Assembly: GCA_016209705.1 (NCBI GenBank)
Contig: JACQVR010000065.1
Location: 965 to 64,964 of the forward strand
DNA length: 64,000 bases
Source: Planctomycetota bacterium
Lineage (GTDB): Bacteria > Planctomycetota > MHYJ01 > JACPRB01
Direction of reading: 5' to 3'
In this document: positions 56,837 to 64,000 of the stretch, in pieces
Layout: each line of letters begins with the position of its first letter
Numbering within the stretch: the first letter of the stretch is position 1
Position numbers and translations under genes: made by a program
The notes under the pieces: generated by a model
The model's input: the letters and a program-made list of their open reading frames with translations, nothing else
What the model was told of the DNA's origin: nothing
Database searches by the model: none

Positions 56837-57124
56837 ATGAAGTTCGCCAACGTGCGCGAGTTGAAGATCAACTCGAACTCCATTCTGAAAGACCTGGCCG
56901 AAGAAGACGTGGTGATCACCAACCGGGGCAAACCGGTGGCGGCGGTGATTTACATGGACGAAGACCTTCTGGATTCCTTCGTCCTCTCCCATCACCCCGC
57001 CTTGCTGAGGAGCATTGAGAGGGACGTCCGGCGCTGGAAGCGCGGGAAGCTGCGTCCGTACACGCTCGAGGAAGCCAAAGCCCGTTTGCTTCGCCGCCGA
57101 ACTCGACGAACCCGCCGCCGATGA
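56837..57124 (+). CDS. Phd/YefM-family antitoxin
   Basis: MKFANVRELK…VVITNRGKPVA. Confidence 0.88.
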   Translation: MKFANVRELKINSNSILKDLAEEDVVITNRGKPVAAVIYMDEDLLDSFVLSHHPALLRSIERDVRRWKRGKLRPYTLEEAKARLLRRRTRRTRRR

Positions 57125-57441
57125 AGCCGGTACAGGAGATCCTTCTCTTTCCCAAGGCGGTGCGGGACCTGGAGAAGCTGGATCAAAAGTACACCCGGCA
57201 AGTCCTGGAGGACGTGGAGCTGCTGCGCAACGATCCCTGGCCGGCCGGAAAAATCAAGAAGCGTCGCGGCACGCCGCTCTGGGAAATCAAGACCGGAGAT
57301 TATCGCAGTTTGTTCCTTCTGGAGCCGAAACGAGCGGTCATCGCCCGAGGGGTCAACCGCAAGACGCTTGAAGCCGCCGTCAAATCTTTCGACATAAGAT
57401 ACGTGCTGGATTGGCTGCGCCGCCAGGAAGGCAAAGCGTAG
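57121..57441 (+). CDS. RelE/ParE-family toxin
   Basis: KAVRDLEKL, IKK…WEIKTGDYR; 4-nt overlap with the antitoxin. Confidence 0.82.
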   Translation: MKPVQEILLFPKAVRDLEKLDQKYTRQVLEDVELLRNDPWPAGKIKKRRGTPLWEIKTGDYRSLFLLEPKRAVIARGVNRKTLEAAVKSFDIRYVLDWLRRQEGKA

Positions 57442-57462
57442 CTCACCAGCCCGCGCGATACC

Positions 57463-58384
57463 TCACAACCCGAGAAGAGATCCCGGATCGCCCAGGAAGA
57501 ACTCCTCCAGCGGCACGCCCTCGCGGCCGACGATCAAGACGCGCGACCAGGGAAAGCGTTTCCGGAACGCCGCCAAGCCGCCGAGGCGCCCCGGGCGGCC
57601 GCTTTTGACCTCCACTCCCACGCGTTCGCGGCCGGCTTGGACGACATAATCCACTTCATCGTTCCGCTCGCGCCAGGTGCCGATCGCGAACCGCGGCGGC
57701 GACAGCGCGTTGAGAAGATGCGCCCCGACCGCGTTCTCGACGAGCCGGCCCCAAAAGGCCGGGTCCTCCTGCGCTTCGGCGAGCGTGAGACCGGAAAGGG
57801 CGCTCACGAGCGCGTTGTTCCAGAAAACGATCTTCGGGCTTGAACCCCGCCGGCGGTCGCGGCCGGACATGCGTTCCAACCCCGAAACGAGAAAGGAAGC
57901 CTCGAGAAGCCGCAGATAGTGCGCCAGCGTCACCGTGTTGCCCGCATCGTGGAGCGTTCCGAGCATCTTGTTGAACGACAGGATCTCGGCTGGATGCTGC
58001 GCGGCCAGGCCGAACAGGTGCCGCAGAAGCATCGGCTTGCCGACCTGTTGGAGCGAAAGCACGTCGCGCGCGATGGCGGTTTCCACGAGCGCGTCGGCGA
58101 TGTAACGCCGCCACGCCTCCTCATCGCGGATCATCGGAGCGGCGCCGGGATAGCCGCCGAAGAAGAGCCATCGCTCCAGGTTCCATCCGAACGCCTCTCG
58201 GCATTCCCGATACGACCAATGCGGGCCGCGGTGCATATAGAAACGCCCGGCGAGGCTCTCCGTGAGTCCTTTCTGCACGAGCAACGCCGAAGAACCGAGC
58301 AGCAAAGGCCGGATCGGGGCTTTCTCGCGGCGATCCTCCTCCCACAGCGCCTTGACGGCCTCGCTCCAGCCCTGTATCCCGCCG
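57463..58384 (-). pseudogene. AAA+ ATPase (AAA_14/DUF4143) truncated at its 5' end by the IS
   Basis: GWSEAVKALW, LGSS…ESLAGR, GGYPG, EVDYV, VEVKSG; Walker A missing; abuts the IS end. Confidence 0.8.
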
Positions 58385-59881
58385 CTGATTCGTCTTCAGA
58401 TTTAAGGGGGCCGCGCCGCCGGCCCTGGGCGATACGCGAAGGGCACAGCATCCTCCGGATTAGCGATGGACCTGGACCCAGGCGGGCATGAGGAGGTCCA
58501 AGGGTGGCGATTCTACTTCTTGGCTCCAAAGCAAGAGCACGGCGAGCGCTTGGCGAAAAATCCCCAACTCCGGGCCTCCGTTTCGGTCCTGCGTCACCTG
58601 CCGCAGGCGCTCGGCGGTCGTTTGAACCTGCCCCTCCAGCACGACGAAGACGTAATACAATCCCACCACTGCCACCAACCGTTTCAGCCCCTCTTCGTTC
58701 TTTAGTTGGTGAGCGGCCAGATCCAACATGGATTTTAAGTCCTTGAAAAGCTCCTCTTCCTTAAACCTTTTCGCGTACCAGTCCGCGGCCTCACTGAGCT
58801 CGGCCCGGTTCGTGGCCAGATACCAGGTGTCATCGCTGGGGTCGTTGGCCTCAAGCGCCGGAAGTCGCCGAATCGCCACGTGGAGGTTCTTTTGGTGTTC
58901 CTGGGTATAGGCGACGTTGGAGTAGCTCCGGCTCTCTCCCGGACCGATCGGGAGGTTTTGAAGTTCTACCCACTGGCCGGCGATCCGAACGAAAGCATCT
59001 CGATGCAATCGAATGACGTACGAGGCCTCCGCTTTTTCGATCGCCTCGAACAGCTCGGTCTTGGCAAACCCTCGATCCGCCAAGATCACGATCCGATGCC
59101 GAAGCTCCGGTGAGAGCCACCCCAAGAAGCGTTCTACCAATTCGATCTCTAGATCGGTCATCATGTTCTGAAGGTATCCTTCCGCCACGACCTGCACAGC
59201 CAACGGCAAGGCTCGCCCGTGATAGGGCAACGCGATCACTAGGCCCCAGAAGCCTTTACCCAGCTTGGTCCAGTCCAGCGTCACCAGGATCGGCCCCTTC
59301 TGCTCGGGAGCATCCCGGGGGTCCAAGAGGTGATGCGTTTGAGCTTCCCACAGTTCTTCCGCTTCGAAGACGCTGCGGGTCAGAAATCGCCAGATGCGGA
59401 ACTTCTTATATCGGAAGCTGTACGATCGCTTCGTTCCGTTTGGCTCGACCTGATAGAGCCACAGCCGCCGCGCCCACGCCGACAGGTTCGGCTCTTGAAC
59501 CTGAGCCAGAGCCCACATCAGAAGGCTCAGCGTCTTGACGGCACTGCGATGAACCCTGGACAAAACCCGTTCGGAGTATTTCATTATGGGCAAGGTCAGT
59601 GCTCTCATTTTCCTCTCCCTCTCTCTCGTTCCAGACTCCAAGAGAGGGAGGGGATTTTTTTCTACCCCGATTCGCTCGGCTCAATCGCCTGAACCGCAAG
59701 CGGGACAACTGCTTGGACACGTCAGAGAACAGCCGCCCAAGAGAAAGAAGAGAGAGAAGAAAGAGAAGTTCCATCGGCAGCGATCGAGGCCCCCTCCCTC
59801 TCGCCCCGCCTTCGAGTATACCCTAAACTGGCGCAGGCGGGCGGCGCGGCCCCCCTCCCCGTGAAACTGAAGTCGAGTCAG
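58385..59881 (-). mobile_element. IS4-family insertion sequence (1497 bp)
   Basis: Terminal IRs CTGATTCGTCTTCAG vs CTGACTCGACTTCAG (13/15) plus subterminal GGGGGCCGCGCCGCC at both ends. Confidence 0.85.
58460..59608 (-). CDS. IS4-family DDE transposase (382 aa)
   Basis: LDWT, LADRGF, WYLATN, Y-x2-R-x3-E-x6-K (YAKRFKEEELFKDLK). Confidence 0.9.
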   Translation of the reverse strand: MRALTLPIMKYSERVLSRVHRSAVKTLSLLMWALAQVQEPNLSAWARRLWLYQVEPNGTKRSYSFRYKKFRIWRFLTRSVFEAEELWEAQTHHLLDPRDAPEQKGPILVTLDWTKLGKGFWGLVIALPYHGRALPLAVQVVAEGYLQNMMTDLEIELVERFLGWLSPELRHRIVILADRGFAKTELFEAIEKAEASYVIRLHRDAFVRIAGQWVELQNLPIGPGESRSYSNVAYTQEHQKNLHVAIRRLPALEANDPSDDTWYLATNRAELSEAADWYAKRFKEEELFKDLKSMLDLAAHQLKNEEGLKRLVAVVGLYYVFVVLEGQVQTTAERLRQVTQDRNGGPELGIFRQALAVLLLWSQEVESPPLDLLMPAWVQVHR

Positions 59882-59961
59882 ATGCACTCATCGAAGGCCT
59901 GGAGGGACTCGCCGCGGATGGCGGACTCACCATAGATCGGTATAATGACGCTGATTCTCAT
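59878..59961 (-). pseudogene. N-terminal stub of a GT2 glycosyltransferase (TIGR04283-like) cut by the IS
   Basis: MRISVIIPIYGE…; the stop codon is supplied by the IS terminus. Confidence 0.7.
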
Positions 59962-60544
59962 CCAGCAACTCGAGATCGTCGGCCTCATCCACGTCGCGCT
60001 CCGGCGGAAGCAATTTCCATGTATATCCTTTGGACCGGAGACGGTCCAGCGTCGCCTGGAGAACCCCGTCAGTGCCCCACGGGATGCCTGCGAACGCGTC
60101 AAGCTGGAGGCGCGAGGCGATGAGGTAATAACCGCCGTCCGGGCAGGGCCCCAACGCCGCATCGACGCTCCGCGCAGCCTCGAAGGCCTCTTCCACTCGA
60201 GCCTCCGTGAGGGACGGAATGTCGCTGCCGGCGATCGCCGCCACCTCATGTCGTTGAAGCAGGATCCGCAAGCAGTCCGCGAGGCGATTCGAAAGATCTC
60301 CATCCGCTTGAGGGAGAGTTGGTACTTCATACGCTCGGGCGAACTCGACCGCCCGGTTTCCGGGGTCGACGAACACCACGAAATCGTAGGATCGGCCGAC
60401 GTGTTCCTGGATCTGACTTTTCAAAATGTCTTCGTAAACCCGACAGGCCGCATTCGCGCCGATCCGGGCGGCAAGACGGGTCTTCACTTTCCCCGGCTCC
60501 GGATACCGGGCGAAGAGCGCCAGAACGTGGCCATTCAACAACAT
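59927..60544 (-). CDS. DUF2064/TIGR04282-like transferase
   Basis: FARYPEPGKVKTRLA, QADGDL, GSDIP, LGPCPDGGYYLI, DVDEADDL. Confidence 0.9.
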   Translation of the reverse strand: MLLNGHVLALFARYPEPGKVKTRLAARIGANAACRVYEDILKSQIQEHVGRSYDFVVFVDPGNRAVEFARAYEVPTLPQADGDLSNRLADCLRILLQRHEVAAIAGSDIPSLTEARVEEAFEAARSVDAALGPCPDGGYYLIASRLQLDAFAGIPWGTDGVLQATLDRLRSKGYTWKLLPPERDVDEADDLELLDENQRHYTDLW

Positions 60545-62994
60545 TCACCTCCAGGGGCGCAGCACCGGAACTCCGCATGCGATGCCGCGTCGAAAACCAC
60601 GAAATGGTCCCGGTACGGGGGTTCCGACAACTTGGCGGCCGTATCCGTGCAAACTTCCACCGCTTCGTTCCTCGGGAAGAGGTGGCCTTCTTCGTCCATG
60701 ACGGACTGGTAGGGCCCCAGATACGCGGCCCACTGCCCCAAGAACTTGCAACCTTCCTTTTTCTCGAACTTGAAACCCCGCACCGAGACGGAGTAGAACT
60801 TGATGCCCTCGACTTCCTTCCAGTACGTCTTCTCGAGCAGCGTGATCCCGTAAAATCCGGCGCGCTCCAGTTCCGCCGAAAATTCCTCGGTCGTGAGCGC
60901 ACCGCCCAAGCATTGGCCTCGGAATTCTGGATCGTTCTCGAGCCGCGCCGGGACCCGGCGGTCCGCGACGATGTCGGACACGACGATCCGGCCGAAATTC
61001 CTCAGGACCCGCCACATCTCCCGGAACACCCGCTTCTTATCCGGCGAGAGATTGATCACGCAATTCGACAAGACTACGTCGGCGGTCCGGTCCGGCAGCG
61101 GAATTTCTTCAAGGTATCCTTTCCGGAACTCCACATTGGGGTATCCCAGCCGCCGCGCCACGATGTCCGCGCTGCGCCGCGCCCTTTCCAGCATGAGATC
61201 TGTCATATCGATGCCGTAGACCCGGCCTTTCGGGCCGACTTTTTTCGAGGCGATAAAACAATCGATGCCGCCGCCGGACCCGAGATCCACGACCGCCTCG
61301 CCGGCCACCAGGCCGGCGATCGCCACCGGGCTGCCGCAGCCGTAGAAGACGTCCAGCACCTCCTGCGGGATGTGCGCCGTATCCTCTTTGGAGTAACTCT
61401 TCGGACAGCACAGCTCTTTCTGCGGCTTCTCCGCCGCGGTCGAATAAAATTCCCGGACGGGCCGGCGGGCCGCGTCGAGATCGACCGAAAGAACGCACGC
61501 CGAGCGTCCCAGCGCCACGCCGGTTCCGTCTTCATCCGCACACACCCTCAAACCGTCGCCTCGACCGGAATACGGCACCGGACGGTGGAAGCCGGTCTTC
61601 GGTCCCCGCATGGTTTCGCGGCAAAGCTCTTCCATGGCGTCGTAGTACGATTGCTTGTAAAGCTCGCAGTACGGATCGAGATGCGCCATGCGCTCCACGC
61701 CGGATCCGGAATCCGCGTGCGCGTAGCTGTGTTCGATGTCGCCGCCGCCGCAGACGAAACGGATCGGGCATTCACGACATACGGGCTTCTTCACGACCGT
61801 CAACGCGCGAATCGCGCGCAACACCGGAGAGTCCAGCCAGATGTTTCGAAGTGGCTGTTCCAGCACGCTGCCGCACCGCAGGTCCGGCGCATTTGCGAGC
61901 GCCGCGGAAGGATAGACGTGGCCGTCCGAGTAGACGCACATGCTTTCGAAGCCGGCGTTGGAGAGGTCATATCGCACCGATCGGTCGGATCCGGCGCGCA
62001 ACCGGAATGCCTCCCAGTTGTCGACGATAATCCCGCTCTCGCGCGCGGCGACCCGCGCTTGGCGCAACGTTTCCAATGCGTCCTGCGCGGAAAGGCTGTA
62101 GTCGTCGGTGGAATCCATCGCCCGCCCCCGCTTGTGCGGCCACAGCAAGTGGTGGGTTTTCGCCCCGAGCTGCGCGACTAGGCGCGTGATCCGGGGGACG
62201 TCGGCGGCGTTCCGGCGGCAGACCGCCGTGGTCACGACCACATCGAAACCTTCTCGCACCGCCGTCCGGATGCCGTCGCAAATCCCCTGAAACGTTCCTT
62301 TGCCGCGAATCGGGTCGTTGGACGCGGCGTCCGCCCCATCCAGACTGATTTGCAGACCCAGCCGCCCGCGGTCGCAGGCGCGGAGCGCTTCCAGCCGCTT
62401 TCCGCTGAAGAGCAGGCCGTTGGTCAGGATGATCAGACGAGCCCGCGACGTCGCGTGGCGGATGAGCTCGAAGAGATCCGGCCGCACGAAGGGCTCGCCG
62501 CCCGTGAAAAAGACCAGCTCCACGCCGAGTTCGAACGCTTGGTCAAGGACATCTTTCACGCGCTCCGCCGGCAATCCGCGGTCGCCGTCCGGACCAGAGC
62601 CGACCAGACAATGGGCGCATTTCAAGTTGCACGAGTTGTTGGTGTGCACCCAAAGCTCCCGCAACCGGGTCGGCGCGAGGGCCTCATCCCTACCGCCATG
62701 GAAGCGGCCGTTGATCCGCTCCCGCCCGATCAAACCACGCCGCTCCAGGTGGCTGAAAAAGGTCGCGGCGTGCAACTGGGCCTCGTGAGGCGCCAGGCTC
62801 CGGCGTTGCGCGTACAAGGTGGCCACTTCGCCGAACGCGCGGTTCCCGTCAACCAGCTCCAGCAGCTCCGCGCCGCGCGCATCGCTTCCGATCCAGTTTC
62901 CCCGCTCCGGGTCCAGAAAGAGCGCGACTCCGTCTCGATCGACCCGGACCATATCGGGGCGATGCACGACTTGTCTGGCCTCTATCGTTTTCAT
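60535..62994 (-). CDS. PqqD/RRE-like + radical SAM/SPASM + ArsM-like methyltransferase fusion (819 aa)
   Basis: [55 protein letters not shown], terminal CC…CC; RBS GAGGG. Confidence 0.88.
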   Translation of the reverse strand: MKTIEARQVVHRPDMVRVDRDGVALFLDPERGNWIGSDARGAELLELVDGNRAFGEVATLYAQRRSLAPHEAQLHAATFFSHLERRGLIGRERINGRFHGGRDEALAPTRLRELWVHTNNSCNLKCAHCLVGSGPDGDRGLPAERVKDVLDQAFELGVELVFFTGGEPFVRPDLFELIRHATSRARLIILTNGLLFSGKRLEALRACDRGRLGLQISLDGADAASNDPIRGKGTFQGICDGIRTAVREGFDVVVTTAVCRRNAADVPRITRLVAQLGAKTHHLLWPHKRGRAMDSTDDYSLSAQDALETLRQARVAARESGIIVDNWEAFRLRAGSDRSVRYDLSNAGFESMCVYSDGHVYPSAALANAPDLRCGSVLEQPLRNIWLDSPVLRAIRALTVVKKPVCRECPIRFVCGGGDIEHSYAHADSGSGVERMAHLDPYCELYKQSYYDAMEELCRETMRGPKTGFHRPVPYSGRGDGLRVCADEDGTGVALGRSACVLSVDLDAARRPVREFYSTAAEKPQKELCCPKSYSKEDTAHIPQEVLDVFYGCGSPVAIAGLVAGEAVVDLGSGGGIDCFIASKKVGPKGRVYGIDMTDLMLERARRSADIVARRLGYPNVEFRKGYLEEIPLPDRTADVVLSNCVINLSPDKKRVFREMWRVLRNFGRIVVSDIVADRRVPARLENDPEFRGQCLGGALTTEEFSAELERAGFYGITLLEKTYWKEVEGIKFYSVSVRGFKFEKKEGCKFLGQWAAYLGPYQSVMDEEGHLFPRNEAVEVCTDTAAKLSEPPYRDHFVVFDAASHAEFRCCAPGGECC

Positions 62995-63005
62995 GACGTC
63001 CCTCT

Positions 63006-64000
63006 TCATTTCAAAATGGCAGCCATGATGGCGGACATGACTCCCGCGGCGGGCAACGTGACGATCCAGGCCAGCGCGATAGAGACGACAGCCTTCCGCC
63101 GGAGGCGATGGGTCGCCGTTCCCAATCCAAAAAGCGATCCGCATGAGACGTGCGTCGTCGAAACCGGCAGACCATACCTGGATGCGAGCGCGGTCAAGGC
63201 CGCCGTCACTAGGTTGGCCGTGATTCCCTGTCCGTGATTCATTTCGGTGATCTTTTTCGCCATGGTTTCGGCAACCCGCCTCGCTTGAAGGAGGGCTCCG
63301 AGCGCGATCGCCAATCCGACTACGACGGTCGAGGAGCCCACATCGAGCGCCCGTGCGGCCAGCAGCAGAGCGACGATCTTGGGGGTGTCGTTGAGGCCCC
63401 GCGCGAACGAAACGGCCCCGGCGCTTACGACATGGCCCGTGTCCAGGGCGCTTTGCGCATCGATCGAGAAGAGAGTTCCCTGATATCGGTCCTGGCACAC
63501 TGTCAAGGTCGGGACACCGGAGGCCGCTTGGGTTCGCCCGCTTGCGAGAACCGCCACGGGAACCCATCGCTCTCCGACGCAGATGCATGTCTCGCGGCGC
63601 ACGCCCATGCGAACCCGCAGAGAACGACATAGTGGATAGAGAACCAGGGTCAGCGCCGCCGCGGCCAGGGGTGAGATCAATAATGGGAGAAAGAATTTTG
63701 CCCCAAGCATCGAGAAACGGACATCTCCCTGTGCCAGGACCAGTCCCGCTCCCGTAAGCGCGCCGATCAACGCGTGGGTGGTCGAGATGGGAAAAGACAG
63801 AAGCGTCGCCAGGATCACCGTAAGAGCCGCTGAAAGACCGACGGCGGTAGCGAAGGTCGAGGCTCCCGCCACCTCATCGGGGACGAGTCCCGCGCCGCTG
63901 AACGTTTTGACCAGCTCTCCGGCGAAAAGGAAAGCAACGGCGGATCCCGCCAACGTGCAGAACGTTCCCCACGCGAGGGCCATCCCATAGCGTGTGGTCC
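63006..64000 (-). CDS. PiT-family inorganic phosphate/anion transporter (5' end outside window)
   Basis: PISTTHALIG, FARGLNDTPK, LPVSTTHV, WIVTLP. Confidence 0.88.
   Translation of the reverse strand, partial: TTRYGMALAWGTFCTLAGSAVAFLFAGELVKTFSGAGLVPDEVAGASTFATAVGLSAALTVILATLLSFPISTTHALIGALTGAGLVLAQGDVRFSMLGAKFFLPLLISPLAAAALTLVLYPLCRSLRVRMGVRRETCICVGERWVPVAVLASGRTQAASGVPTLTVCQDRYQGTLFSIDAQSALDTGHVVSAGAVSFARGLNDTPKIVALLLAARALDVGSSTVVVGLAIALGALLQARRVAETMAKKITEMNHGQGITANLVTAALTALASRYGLPVSTTHVSCGSLFGLGTATHRLRRKAVVSIALAWIVTLPAAGVMSAIMAAILK

Noticed and set aside
60535..60537. Sec readthrough at …ECC-TGA of the radical SAM fusion
   Set aside because: The next gene overlaps this stop, the readthrough is not protein-like and no clear SECIS hairpin follows
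62995..63630. 1031-aa version of the radical SAM fusion
   Set aside because: The extension overlaps the PiT gene in another frame; an SD supports ATG 62994

Overview
GC-rich Gram-negative bacterial DNA. The gene content resembles an uncultured Planctomycetota or delta-proteobacterium-like organism (inference). 0.3-24 kb is a large respiratory/extracellular-electron-transfer (EET) locus: outer-membrane beta-barrel, 13-heme lipoprotein, two decaheme OmcA/MtrC-like lipoproteins, a tetraheme c554-like cytochrome, System II heme maturation (ResB/CcsA), a Qrc/alternative-complex-III-like module (pentaheme, Tat molybdopterin-family subunit, 4Fe-4S, NrfD), a sensor kinase with a Cx4CH motif, a sigma-54 activator, and a second NrfD paralog. 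In total 42 canonical CxxCH motifs were counted. A hidden probable selenoprotein (UGA plus SECIS-like hairpin) lies at 20.8-21.1 kb. 24-46 kb holds TetR/ABC efflux, a hemerythrin-CMD fusion, an EHD/dynamin-like NTPase, a 10-gene Mrp-type antiporter operon with USP and a second sigma-54 activator. 46-54 kb holds MocR/MATE/GNAT/DinB/Ada-AlkA/Ogt/PLP decarboxylase. 54-60 kb is a decayed toxin-antitoxin island with an IS4-family element. 60-64 kb holds a PiT transporter, an RRE-radical SAM/SPASM-ArsM-like fusion and glycosyltransferases (arsenic-modification-like operon). Five sigma-54 -24/-12 promoters were found, plus a recurring family of intergenic palindromes built from 7-9 nt tandem units. 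All family names come from motif recognition by eye; no database searches were run.
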